Of a DNA stretch of 64,000 bases, positions 48,569 through 58,101 are shown in pieces; within the stretch, counting starts at the first letter, position 1; every line of letters begins with the position of its first letter. The notes below the pieces were generated by a model that was given only the letters and a program-made list of their open reading frames with translations, made no database searches and was not told the origin of the DNA. Source of the stretch: Candidatus Omnitrophota bacterium (GTDB lineage Bacteria > Omnitrophota > Gorgyraeia > Tantalellales > Tantalellaceae); the NCBI GenBank assembly GCA_043823005.1, contig JBDRBG010000116.1:3989-67988 (forward strand), read 5' to 3'. A program made the translations under genes and the position numbers.

Positions 48569-50758
48569 ATGAATATAAAATTTTTACGGAACATAAAAGG
48601 AACAACCCTTGTTGAGACTATGTTTGTGGTGATAATATACGCTATGATCATAGTAGCTATTTTATCAATATGGACATATACTTCAAGATCATGGAATACG
48701 GAAAATGAACGAACGTGTTTAAGAATAGATCTTCTTAAAGCTTTGGAAACTTTAAAAGAAGATCTTAGAGTATCAAGCCTTACTTATATGAGTTTTTATC
48801 CTGAAGGAGGAGAGCCGTATACAGCATTTAGTTTGCCTGTGCCAAAGATAGATGCAAGCGGTTTTTTGGTCCTTAATGCAAATGACGAAATAGTTTGGGA
48901 CAAAACTGTAGTCTATCATATTTATTCGGAAACAGACGAAACTCAGACTTTAAGACGCACGGTTTTGAGCCCAAGGAACAATGCTCTTTCAGATTTGCAA
49001 AGAAAACAGCAATTAGAGTGTATAGTGGCCGGAGGTACCGGAGGAGGAACAGCTGTTACAGATGAAGAGTTTCTTAAAAATCTAGAAGTTTTTGATATTT
49101 CTTCTTTATCTTCAATAATAGATTTTTATTATAATGCCGAGAGTCCGGTAAAAGCCGGAAAGATCATGTTCGGACGCGTTAAATTGGATCCCGGGGATCA
49201 TATTATACGGTTTGAAGTGACTGGAAAAAATACCGATTCTTTGGGGTATGACCTGGGTATTGACAGTATATCGATTGAACCGAGCGGTAGTACAAGGGAA
49301 ATGGAATATTACAACTCGGGTTTTGCTCCTTCGGGTATTCTTTCTTTAAGCGGAGGAAGTGTTCAAAGAATAAACGATCCTTTATGGGGAAATAATAATT
49401 ATCTGAAATTTACTGCTTCAGCAATAGGAAGCTATTTAGAGATAACCGATTATTATGACTTATGGCGAGAATCTTCGTTTGATAATGCCATTTTAAATAA
49501 CTCAGAGACAACAGGCGAAGAAGTTTGTGTTGAAATAGATTTTCCCGAAGGTGATCGGGAAGAAAGGATCACCTGGTATGCTTTTTCAGAGGCAGAGGAT
49601 GATGTTATGGAAGGCAATAATGGGGCTATTTTAGGAGGGATAATACCGCCTGTTACTATACGTACGGTTATTACGCGGGACAATATCGATGTTGAAGGAG
49701 ATATGGTCAGTGTTAAAATTTTGGCTTCGGATAATAACGATCTGGTTATAGACAGGGCATATATAACAAAAAGGGACGGTATTAGCGGGGCTAATGGTTT
49801 GGCTAATCAGGATCCCGGAGTTTTAAGTGTGGAAGAATATCACAGGCATCAACAGTTGTTTTTTGAAGACGGTGACGGGGAAATAAAAGAAGGGGTCACT
49901 GTGCCTGCAGGACAAGAAGTCTGGTGCGAGTGGACTGCTTTTCCGTTAAGGATCGATAGCGATTATTTTGTTACGATTTATTTGTCTGATGCCGTTTCTT
50001 TGGAAGGTAAATACTGGTCGGGAACAGAAGGAGAGGAGCGTAGTTATTATGTAGCAGGCGCGGATAATACAATTGCCGGAACTCCTGATTGGAGCGGGAA
50101 GGGCCCGGTTGCTTTAAAGGATATATATCTAGTCGGGAAGATTGATCTTAAATCCGGCAAAGGTACTGTTGAGTCTCAGATATTTGACTCAACATTAAGC
50201 GCGCCTTCATATGACAAGATAAAGTGGTCGGAAAATAAACCCGCAGGCACAAATATTACATTAAAAGCGCGTTCTTCCGGTAATGAATATATGCAAGATG
50301 CCGCGGATTGGGATTCAATAACAGGTTCAGCAGTAAATCCTCATACGATTAGTATCGGTAATGGCCGATATGTCCAGTTTTTTGCGGAATTATCAGCTAA
50401 TCTTTTTTGGATAAATTCCAGCGGAACAGGGCAACTTAGTTATGAAGCTTATATAAGGGATCAAATAACCCGTCCTGTATATGAATTTCCACAGAATAGC
50501 GGAGAATTTTTAGTTACTTCATATTTTTCTCCGAGCATAGATGATGTTGAGATAAACTGGCCCGGACAGAGTAGGATCTGCGCTATTACAGGATATATAG
50601 CTAAAAAAAAGGACTATGGACAGGCAAAGATCACGGTTGACGGCAGTGAACTTATACAGACCTTAAATATTCATGTGAAAGTATCAAAAGAAATAAGCGG
50701 AATGATGGTTGAAGAAGAAAACTATGTGGAAATAGAGCCAAAGAACACGGGAAAATAA
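48569..50758 (+). CDS. Giant PilW/PulJ-like minor pilin, cassette B
   Basis: KG|TTLVETMF; colinear with 44215 (VEEYHRHQQLFF, EWTAFPLR, EIEPKNTGK). Confidence 0.75.
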   Translation: MNIKFLRNIKGTTLVETMFVVIIYAMIIVAILSIWTYTSRSWNTENERTCLRIDLLKALETLKEDLRVSSLTYMSFYPEGGEPYTAFSLPVPKIDASGFLVLNANDEIVWDKTVVYHIYSETDETQTLRRTVLSPRNNALSDLQRKQQLECIVAGGTGGGTAVTDEEFLKNLEVFDISSLSSIIDFYYNAESPVKAGKIMFGRVKLDPGDHIIRFEVTGKNTDSLGYDLGIDSISIEPSGSTREMEYYNSGFAPSGILSLSGGSVQRINDPLWGNNNYLKFTASAIGSYLEITDYYDLWRESSFDNAILNNSETTGEEVCVEIDFPEGDREERITWYAFSEAEDDVMEGNNGAILGGIIPPVTIRTVITRDNIDVEGDMVSVKILASDNNDLVIDRAYITKRDGISGANGLANQDPGVLSVEEYHRHQQLFFEDGDGEIKEGVTVPAGQEVWCEWTAFPLRIDSDYFVTIYLSDAVSLEGKYWSGTEGEERSYYVAGADNTIAGTPDWSGKGPVALKDIYLVGKIDLKSGKGTVESQIFDSTLSAPSYDKIKWSENKPAGTNITLKARSSGNEYMQDAADWDSITGSAVNPHTISIGNGRYVQFFAELSANLFWINSSGTGQLSYEAYIRDQITRPVYEFPQNSGEFLVTSYFSPSIDDVEINWPGQSRICAITGYIAKKKDYGQAKITVDGSELIQTLNIHVKVSKEISGMMVEEENYVEIEPKNTGK

Positions 50759-50759
50759 A

Positions 50760-51971
50760 ATGATGTCAAAGAATCCGAAAAATAAAAGAACTGAAAAGCG
50801 TCAAAAAGGAACCATACTTATTTTGGTCATGGCGTTTTTGGCGTTAATGGCTTTGACTACGATCTCTTTAGCGACTTTAGTTCAGCAGGATGTTAAACTT
50901 ATCCAGTGTGTCAGAGATACAGAGCAAGCCCGTTTTATGGCAGAGGCGGGCATAAACCACGCTATTGCAAATCTTAAAAAAAATAATTTTAGTTCGCGTT
51001 CAGCTTTTAGCGGGACAATGGATACCGGCAGTTATTCTGTGGAATACGGGGCATTGAACTCAAGCGGAAGATTAATAGTGTCGTCTACCGGGACGGCTTC
51101 AGGAGTGTCAAAGACTGTTTGTATGGAAATAAGCAGTAATATGCCTACAGCTTTGTATTATTTCGCGGGCGCCGGAAATGATATTTATATTAATTCTATA
51201 TTATCTCATTCGGTTATAAACGGGGATATTCATGCCAATGGGAGCGTATTTTTAAAATCAAATCGTTTCTTGTCAAGTTTGACTATTGCAGGAGATGTTT
51301 CTGCGTCCGGGACTGTCAAAGAAGGGACCAGGTATAATACAGGAGATAATGATAACTGGGATAATAAGGTGACAATAAATGAAAACGCTAATGATACAGC
51401 TGAAGTATATGAAGGAGAAGAACAAATAACGTTTCCTGTTTTTGATTATCAAAAATATAAAGACGCGGCAATAGCGTCAGGGGATTATTATGCTTCGGAT
51501 CAGGAGTTTGACAATAGTACTCTTTCTCCTGCTAATGGAATAGTTTATGTTGACGGAGATGTGACGTTTTTTGGGACGTGTACATTAAACGGAGGTATAA
51601 TTGCGAAAAATATATATGTCGGAGGATTTGAAATGGTTAAAGTTCTCTGGTGGTGGGTATCCGTATATAAATATGGAAGATTGGATCAACAGAAGACTCA
51701 AAACAACAGAAACGTAATTATTTCTAAAGAGGGAAATATTTTAATATACGGCCCTTTAAACGTCCAGGAAGCATTGGTTTACTCGTCAGGAGATATTGAA
51801 ACTATGAACGCAGGCGCGGATGTAAATATTAATGGTATTATATTGGCAGGCACGGATATATCAATGTGGAATTTTGTTTGTCAATTAGATTATAATTATA
51901 TTTATTTAGAACCGGAGGATATGCAGGGCGGAGGAGGCGATGATACCTTTAGTATTGTAGGTTGGACATAA
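50760..51971 (+). CDS. PilX-like minor pilin, cassette B
   Basis: KG|TILILV, QARFMAEAGINHA, colinear with 46398. Confidence 0.75.
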   Translation: MMSKNPKNKRTEKRQKGTILILVMAFLALMALTTISLATLVQQDVKLIQCVRDTEQARFMAEAGINHAIANLKKNNFSSRSAFSGTMDTGSYSVEYGALNSSGRLIVSSTGTASGVSKTVCMEISSNMPTALYYFAGAGNDIYINSILSHSVINGDIHANGSVFLKSNRFLSSLTIAGDVSASGTVKEGTRYNTGDNDNWDNKVTINENANDTAEVYEGEEQITFPVFDYQKYKDAAIASGDYYASDQEFDNSTLSPANGIVYVDGDVTFFGTCTLNGGIIAKNIYVGGFEMVKVLWWWVSVYKYGRLDQQKTQNNRNVIISKEGNILIYGPLNVQEALVYSSGDIETMNAGADVNINGIILAGTDISMWNFVCQLDYNYIYLEPEDMQGGGGDDTFSIVGWT

Positions 51972-52019
51972 TTTCTGGTCAAACAGCCGGTGTTTGAGAA
52001 AAATGTGTGTTTTATATTT

Positions 52020-52054
52020 AAAGGGCGTATTTACTATAATACGCCTTTATTTTT
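52020..52054 (+). terminator. Putative intrinsic terminator after cassette B
   Basis: GGCGTATT...AATACGCC stem followed by T-rich tract. Confidence 0.5.
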
Positions 52055-52084
52055 GATTTATTTACAAAGCAAGCGCATTTGCTC

Positions 52085-52113
52085 TTGACAATACCGGGGT
52101 AGTCTGCTAATAT
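52085..52113 (+). promoter_or_regulatory. Sigma70 promoter of rplU-rpmA-obgE
   Basis: TTGACA-17 bp-TAATAT with TG extended -10. Confidence 0.65.
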
Positions 52114-52198
52114 TATTAAACATTTAAGGATATGTAAAAGGCACTATTTGCATAAACTTGTATTTTTAAAAGACTTATAGAACAATAGGAGAATAAAT

Positions 52199-52528
52199 AT
52201 GTATGCTGTAATCGAATTGCAAGGAACTCAGGTGCTTGTTCAAAAAGACGGAAGAATAGAAGTAAACCGGATGGAAGAACAAAAATCAAAAACAATTAAG
52301 ATAGAAAAGGTGCTGTTTGGTAAAAAAGGGGCTTCATATTTTGTAGGAACGCCGTATATAGAAGACGCGTATGTTGAATGTGAAATAATCGGAGACAAAA
52401 GGTCAAAAAAAGTAATAGCTTTTAAATACAGAGACAGGAAGAGTTCTCAATCTAAAAAAGGGCACAGGCAGGATTTAACTGAGTTAAAGGTAAAAAATAT
52501 TCATTTTGAGCCGCAAGAAAAGAAGTAA
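52199..52528 (+). CDS. rplU: 50S ribosomal protein L21
   Basis: MYAVI, VGTPY, KVIAFK, GHRQ. Confidence 0.93.
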   Translation: MYAVIELQGTQVLVQKDGRIEVNRMEEQKSKTIKIEKVLFGKKGASYFVGTPYIEDAYVECEIIGDKRSKKVIAFKYRDRKSSQSKKGHRQDLTELKVKNIHFEPQEKK

Positions 52529-52645
52529 TCAGGGAATTATGATTCGTGATCTGTAGAAAGTAGGGGTTTGATTCATCAAACCCGAGATTAGTTGAAGAAA
52601 AAAATAAAACGACAATAATAACAATTTTTATAATAGGAGAATATT

Positions 52646-52885
52646 ATGGCACATAAAAAAGGACAAGGATCATCACGTAACGGACGTGATTCCAATTCGC
52701 AAAGACTTGGAGTCAAAAGGTCCGGAGGACAGGCAGTAACTGCCGGTAGTATTATTGTTAGACAAAGAGGGACTCGTTATAAACCCGGACTTAATGTCGG
52801 AAAAGGTAGCGATGATACACTTTTTGCTAAGTGTGAGGGGATAGTTTCTTTTACCGGCAAAAGGGTCGTAAATATTATTTCCTGA
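52646..52885 (+). CDS. rpmA: 50S ribosomal protein L27
   Basis: [21 protein letters not shown]. Confidence 0.97.
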   Translation: MAHKKGQGSSRNGRDSNSQRLGVKRSGGQAVTAGSIIVRQRGTRYKPGLNVGKGSDDTLFAKCEGIVSFTGKRVVNIIS

Positions 52886-52889
52886 TAAT

Positions 52890-53909
52890 ATGCTTATAGA
52901 CCAAGCAAAGATTTATGTCTTTGGCGGCAAAGGCGGGGATGGTTGTCAGAGCCTGTATAAGGATCTGTTTAATCGTAAAGGGATTCCGGACGGCGGAGAC
53001 GGCGGAGCGGGTGGGGATGTCATAGCTATAAGCGAATCTAATCTACATACACTTCTGGATTTTAAATATAATCAACATTATAAAGGCGGTAAAGGTACGC
53101 ACGGAGGTTCCAATAAAAAATTCGGCAAAAGAGGCGATGATTTTTTATTTAAGGTGCCGGTAGGAACAGTGATCAAAGATGCTGAAACCGGTATGGTTAT
53201 AAGGGATCTCAATGTTAACGGGGAACAGGTAATAGTCGTTAAAGGCGGCTCAGGAGGCAAAGGTAGTGCCAAATTGCGTGCGGCCACAATGGGCCGGGAC
53301 GGGGAAAAACGCACACTATTATTGGAACTGAAACTTGTGGCAGATGCCGGGCTTATAGGTTTTCCTAACGTGGGAAAGTCTACTCTGATCTCCCGAATAT
53401 CAAAATCTCATTCAAAAATAGCGGCATATCCGTTTACGACTAAAAGTCCCAGATTGGGCGTAGTTCAGGTTTATGACGGATCATTTGTGGCCGCGGACAT
53501 GCCCGGCCTTATTGAAGGCGCTCATAGCGGAAAAGGGCTTGGTGACAGATTTTTGCGTCACATAGAAAGGACTATGGTTTTAGTTCATGTTGTAGATATA
53601 GTTCCTATGGATGGGGCAGATCCTGTTGACAATTTTTTCAAGCTGGAAAAAGAACTTAAATTGTATAGCAGTGAAGTGTTTAAAAAACCAAGGATAATCG
53701 TCGCGAATAAAATGGATATGCCGGTAGCGGAACTAAATTTAAAAAAATTTATTAAAGCAATCGGTAAGAATAAAAAAGTTGTGCCTATCTCTGCTTTAAC
53801 CGGAAAGGGGCTTGACGAACTCGTTAAAATTCTTTACAGGAAGATAACAAATGTCAAAAAAAAGAATCAAGAGGATAACAGTAAAAGTAGGATCCCGGGT
53901 ACTTACTGA
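52890..53909 (+). CDS. obgE: GTPase ObgE
   Basis: Gly-rich Obg fold, GFPNVGKST, YPFTT, DMPG, NKMD. Confidence 0.96.
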   Translation: MLIDQAKIYVFGGKGGDGCQSLYKDLFNRKGIPDGGDGGAGGDVIAISESNLHTLLDFKYNQHYKGGKGTHGGSNKKFGKRGDDFLFKVPVGTVIKDAETGMVIRDLNVNGEQVIVVKGGSGGKGSAKLRAATMGRDGEKRTLLLELKLVADAGLIGFPNVGKSTLISRISKSHSKIAAYPFTTKSPRLGVVQVYDGSFVAADMPGLIEGAHSGKGLGDRFLRHIERTMVLVHVVDIVPMDGADPVDNFFKLEKELKLYSSEVFKKPRIIVANKMDMPVAELNLKKFIKAIGKNKKVVPISALTGKGLDELVKILYRKITNVKKKNQEDNSKSRIPGTY

Positions 53910-54954
53910 TGAGAGTAACAGGATCAATCGAATGGTTATAAAAGCGCTGACAGATCAGATTGTTACTCTCAGAGAGCGCGGGATAGAAGTCATTGTTGTT
54001 TCTTCCGGCGCTATAGCTTCAGGATTAGGACTTTTAAATATTAAGAAAACAGGCAGATCTCTTTCAGAACTTCAGGCTATTGCCAGTATAGGGCAGAACT
54101 ATCTTATGGATCTTTACAACAATCAATTAAGGAAAAAAGGATATATCGCGGGACAGCTTTTGCTTACGCAGGAAGATTTGAATGATCGAAAACGGTTTTT
54201 AAACATACGTTATACGCTTAATACTCTTTTTAAATATAATGCTATTCCGATTGTTAACGAGAATGATTCTGTTTCTACGGAAGAGATAAAGTGCGGTGAT
54301 AATGACAGGCTTTCTTCGCTTGTCGCGGACATTTCAGATTCAAATATGCTTATCATTCTTACTGATGTGGAAGGGGTGTACGGAGAAGAAGGAGCCATTA
54401 TCAAATATGTGGAAACTGTTACAGATGATATAAGATCTTTATGTAAAGGTAAAGGCTGTGAAGAAAGCTCGGGAGGGATGATCTCAAAGCTGGATGCCGC
54501 GAATAATGCGGCTTTAGCGGGAATAGAAAGCGTGATCGCGCGGGGAAAAACCAAAAATATTATTTTAAAAATAATAGACGGACAAGAGGTAGGCACGCGG
54601 TTCTCTTCATGTAAAAAACCTTTACAGGCGCGTAAACGCTGGATAGCTTTTAGTTTAAAACCAAAGGGAAAGATAATCGTAGACCGGGGCGCGATAAAAG
54701 CTCTTGTTGAGAAGCATAAAAGCCTGCTTCCCGGAGGGATATTGGAAGTCTGCGGAAAGTTTTCTGAGGGTGCTTTGATCGAAATTGCTTCTGCGGGTAA
54801 AAAAGTAATAGCAAGAGGCTTATCTAATTATTCATCAGAAGAGATCGAAAAAATAAAAGGAAAACGGACAGATCAAATAGAGATCGAATTAGGTTACAAG
54901 GATTATGATGAGGTTGTTCATCGGGATAATCTTGTTGTGATTAATAGTGAATAG
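53851..54954 (+). CDS. proB: Glutamate 5-kinase
   Basis: KVGS, VSSGA, NEND, GDNDRLS, GGMISK, C-terminal PUA domain. Confidence 0.95.
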   Translation: MSKKRIKRITVKVGSRVLTDESNRINRMVIKALTDQIVTLRERGIEVIVVSSGAIASGLGLLNIKKTGRSLSELQAIASIGQNYLMDLYNNQLRKKGYIAGQLLLTQEDLNDRKRFLNIRYTLNTLFKYNAIPIVNENDSVSTEEIKCGDNDRLSSLVADISDSNMLIILTDVEGVYGEEGAIIKYVETVTDDIRSLCKGKGCEESSGGMISKLDAANNAALAGIESVIARGKTKNIILKIIDGQEVGTRFSSCKKPLQARKRWIAFSLKPKGKIIVDRGAIKALVEKHKSLLPGGILEVCGKFSEGALIEIASAGKKVIARGLSNYSSEEIEKIKGKRTDQIEIELGYKDYDEVVHRDNLVVINSE

Positions 54955-55152
54955 TTGTTGGTGTCGTTAGTCAGTTAGTCGTTAGTCGGGAGTCGTTAGT
55001 CAGAGATTGCTTCGCTTCGCTCGCAAAGACGGACTTTCGTCATTGCGAGGCCTGAGGGAGAGGCGGATCCGCATATTAAAGCGGAAAGGCCGCGGCAATC
55101 TCAGTGAAAGTGATCGATTATAAGGAAATTATAGATAAAGGGGAACTAAGAT

Positions 55153-56412
55153 ATGGATTATAGGAAAATAATGAAAGAAATTACAAATAAGGCAAAAAAA
55201 GCGACAGCTAGTCTTAGCGCAATGTCTGCTGAAGATAAAAATAGGGTTTTAAGGGAAATGGCAGATGAGCTCAGAGCGCAAAGTGAAAATCTTAAAAAAG
55301 CTAACAAGCTGGATCTCGTCCGGGCAGAAAAAGACGGTAAAAGCAAAGCATTTATTGACAGGTTAACTTTGGATGACAATAGGATCAATGCTATGGTAAA
55401 AATGATGGAGGATGTGGCTGCGCTTAAAGATCCAATAGGCACAGTTATTGAAGACATAAAAAGGCCCAATGGGCTGGAAATACGGAAAGTAAGAGTGCCT
55501 ATAGGAGTTATAGGTATAATTTACGAGGCCAGGCCCAATGTAACCGCGGATAGTGTCGCGTTGTGTTTTAAAGCCGGCAATTCTGTTATTTTAAGGGGCG
55601 GTACAGGCGCGATAAACTCGAACAAAGCGATAGCGGACATTTTAAAAAAAGCAGCGGATAAAAACGGAGTTGTGGACGGAGCGTTTGTTCTTTTGGAGGA
55701 TACTTCCAGAGAGCTTGTAGACGCGATGTTGGAATCATCGGAAGGTATGGATCTTATCATGCCCCGCGGAGGTGAATCTCTGATAAGGGAAGTAGTGTCA
55801 AAAAGTAAAGTGCCTGTTATTAAGCATTATAAAGGTATATGTCATGTTTACGTCGATGATAATGCGGATTTGGATATGGCGCAAAAGATTTGTTTTAATG
55901 CTAAAGTTCAGCGTCCCGGTGTATGTAATGCTATGGAAACAATGCTTGTGCACGAAGCAATAGCTGAAAAATTTTTGCCAAGCATCGCGGATAAGTTGAC
56001 AAAAAAAGGTGTTCGTTTAAAAGGCTGTAAACGGACTCTTCAAGTATTGGGAAACATTGCTGAATCAGCTGATGATAAGGACTATGCTACAGAATGGCTG
56101 GATCTTGTGCTTAATGTAAGAGTTGTGGATTCTATGGCGCAAGCGATTGCGCATATAGCGAAATTCGGATCTCATCATTCAGACGCGATTGTGACGCAAC
56201 AAGATACTAAAGCGGAAGAATTTGTCAAAATAGTTGATTCTGCCGCGGTATATGTAAATGCGTCAACTCGTTTTACTGACGGAGGAGAATTTGGAAAAGG
56301 CGCTGAGATAGGGATATCAACAGATAAGATTCATGCGCGCGGTCCTATGGGGCTTGAAGAACTGACTTCGTATAAGTATATTGTGTTTGGGAAAGGACAG
56401 ATCAGGGAGTAA
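55153..56412 (+). CDS. proA: Gamma-glutamyl phosphate reductase
   Basis: IYEARPNVT, PRGG, CNAMET, NASTRF, HARGPMGL. Confidence 0.96.
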   Translation: MDYRKIMKEITNKAKKATASLSAMSAEDKNRVLREMADELRAQSENLKKANKLDLVRAEKDGKSKAFIDRLTLDDNRINAMVKMMEDVAALKDPIGTVIEDIKRPNGLEIRKVRVPIGVIGIIYEARPNVTADSVALCFKAGNSVILRGGTGAINSNKAIADILKKAADKNGVVDGAFVLLEDTSRELVDAMLESSEGMDLIMPRGGESLIREVVSKSKVPVIKHYKGICHVYVDDNADLDMAQKICFNAKVQRPGVCNAMETMLVHEAIAEKFLPSIADKLTKKGVRLKGCKRTLQVLGNIAESADDKDYATEWLDLVLNVRVVDSMAQAIAHIAKFGSHHSDAIVTQQDTKAEEFVKIVDSAAVYVNASTRFTDGGEFGKGAEIGISTDKIHARGPMGLEELTSYKYIVFGKGQIRE

Positions 56413-56518
56413 CTAGTCGTTAGTCGTTTGTCGTTAGTCGTTAGTTGGTCGTTTGTAGTTACAATGGAGCGGTCTCCCGACCGCGAACAAAAAGAAGTAA
56501 AAAGGAAAAAGAGAAACA

Positions 56519-56566
56519 CTAAACTCTAAACTCTAAACTCTAAACTCTAAACTCTAAATCCTAAAT
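56519..56566 (+). repeat. (CTAAACT)n heptamer tandem repeat
   Basis: About 6 consecutive units. Confidence 0.85.
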
Positions 56567-56790
56567 AAAACTAAAGGACCAAAACTAAAAATATAAAACT
56601 AGGAAAGAGATGCTTTTTTAGATTTGGAGCTTTGAGGATTAGGATTTTTTTTATTTCGTCATTCAGGTTGTGCCGCAATTCAAATTCTGTCTTTGCGCGG
56701 GAGCAAGAACGACCGTGGCAATCTCAATAAAAGGAAAAGGGAAGAGGAAAGGGATAACGGGCAACCGTCAACTAAACAACCGGGGGTAAA

Positions 56791-57363
56791 ATGAAAATCG
56801 GGCTTTTAGGAGGAACTTTTAATCCGATTCATGCCGGGCATTTGATCTTAGCTCAGGAGTGCTGGTACAGATTAAAACTCGATAAAGTTATATTTATTCC
56901 GGCATATGCTCCGCCTCATAAACAAGTAGAAGGGGACATTTCCGTTCCTGACAGACTTAACATGCTGCGGTTGGCATTACACGGGGATACAAGATTTGAA
57001 ATATCTACTTATGAGATAGATCAAAACAAGATAGTTTATTCAGTAGATACGATACGGTTTTTTATAGATAAATATGGAGATTCTGCTGAGATTTTTTTTC
57101 TGACAGGGTCGGATTCCAGCCAGGATCTTTTTGCGTGGAAAAACATAGAGAAGATTCTGGATCTTACAACTTTTATAATAGCTGTACGTCCGGGATGGGA
57201 AAAACAGAGTTTGTATGAACAGAAAGTAAAGAGGACAGAGATGCCGCTTATTGATATATCATCCAGTATGATCAGGGATCGCATAAGAAAATGTGAGCCG
57301 ATAGATTATTTTGTTCCGTCAACAGTTGTTCAATATATAAGAGATAAGGGGTTGTACCGGTAG
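56791..57363 (+). CDS. nadD: Nicotinate-nucleotide adenylyltransferase
   Basis: GGTFNPIHAGH, PPHK, ISSSMIR. Confidence 0.95.
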   Translation: MKIGLLGGTFNPIHAGHLILAQECWYRLKLDKVIFIPAYAPPHKQVEGDISVPDRLNMLRLALHGDTRFEISTYEIDQNKIVYSVDTIRFFIDKYGDSAEIFFLTGSDSSQDLFAWKNIEKILDLTTFIIAVRPGWEKQSLYEQKVKRTEMPLIDISSSMIRDRIRKCEPIDYFVPSTVVQYIRDKGLYR

Positions 57364-57544
57364 GATATAAGCGCTAAATCCCGGGGGCTATATATTTTTT
57401 TGTCCTATTGAGGAGTCTAATTTTCTTGACTTTTAGGTTTGGTATGATAAACTTACTTGCGTAAATAGAAGGCGCTAGAAAGAAAGCTAACCCATTAGAT
57501 TGTGCCTGGGTTAGAAAAATTGTAAAAAAATCAGGGAGGCTCTT

Positions 57545-57688
57545 ATGGCAGAAGCATATTGCGTGAAATGTAAGGCGAAGAAAGAAATGAAGGACGCAAA
57601 AGAAGTTACTATGAAGAACGGAAGAAAAGCATTGAAAGGTTGTTGTCCTGATTGTGGTACCGGGATGTATCGCATAATGGGTAAATAA
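57545..57688 (+). CDS. 47-aa Zn-ribbon protein (DUF5679-like), below ORF-track cutoff
   Basis: MAEAYCVKCKAKKEMKDAKEVTMKNGRKALKGCCPDCGTGMYRIMGK; RBS GGGAGG; upstream TTGACT-16 bp-TAAACT. Confidence 0.85.
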   Translation: MAEAYCVKCKAKKEMKDAKEVTMKNGRKALKGCCPDCGTGMYRIMGK

Positions 57689-57720
57689 GCTATTTTTGGT
57701 CAAAGGGAAGATATACAACT

Positions 57721-58101
57721 TTGGATAAAGCAAAATTAATAGCACAATGTGCCGCGGAGAAAAAGGGTGATAATATTGTCCTTATGGACATGCGTAAAGC
57801 AGCAACAGAATATGAATGGTTTGTTGTTGTAAGCGCAGGCTCGACTCGGCGTATGAATGCGATAGTAAAAGCAACGGAAAGAACACTTTCAAAAAACAAG
57901 ATGTCTTTTTTGAGAGTTGAGGGTAAGAATAATCCTCATTGGATATTGATGGATTGTAATGACGTAATAGTACATGTTTTTCACGAAGAAATACGGGAAT
58001 TTTATGGACTGGAAAGACTCTGGTCCGATGTTCCCATAGAAAGATTTAACAACAAATGCTTGGAAAAGACCTCACAAAAAAAATATCAACGATCCTCTTA
58101 A
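57721..58101 (+). CDS. rsfS: Ribosome silencing factor RsfS
   Basis: EKKG.NI, WILMD, VHVF, REFYGLERLW. Confidence 0.9.
   Translation: MDKAKLIAQCAAEKKGDNIVLMDMRKAATEYEWFVVVSAGSTRRMNAIVKATERTLSKNKMSFLRVEGKNNPHWILMDCNDVIVHVFHEEIREFYGLERLWSDVPIERFNNKCLEKTSQKKYQRSS

Noticed and set aside
43374-51971. Diversity-generating retroelement or shufflon acting on the pilin cassettes
   Set aside because: No reverse transcriptase or recombinase in the window, cassettes are in the same orientation, and divergence is spread throughout rather than adenine-specific.
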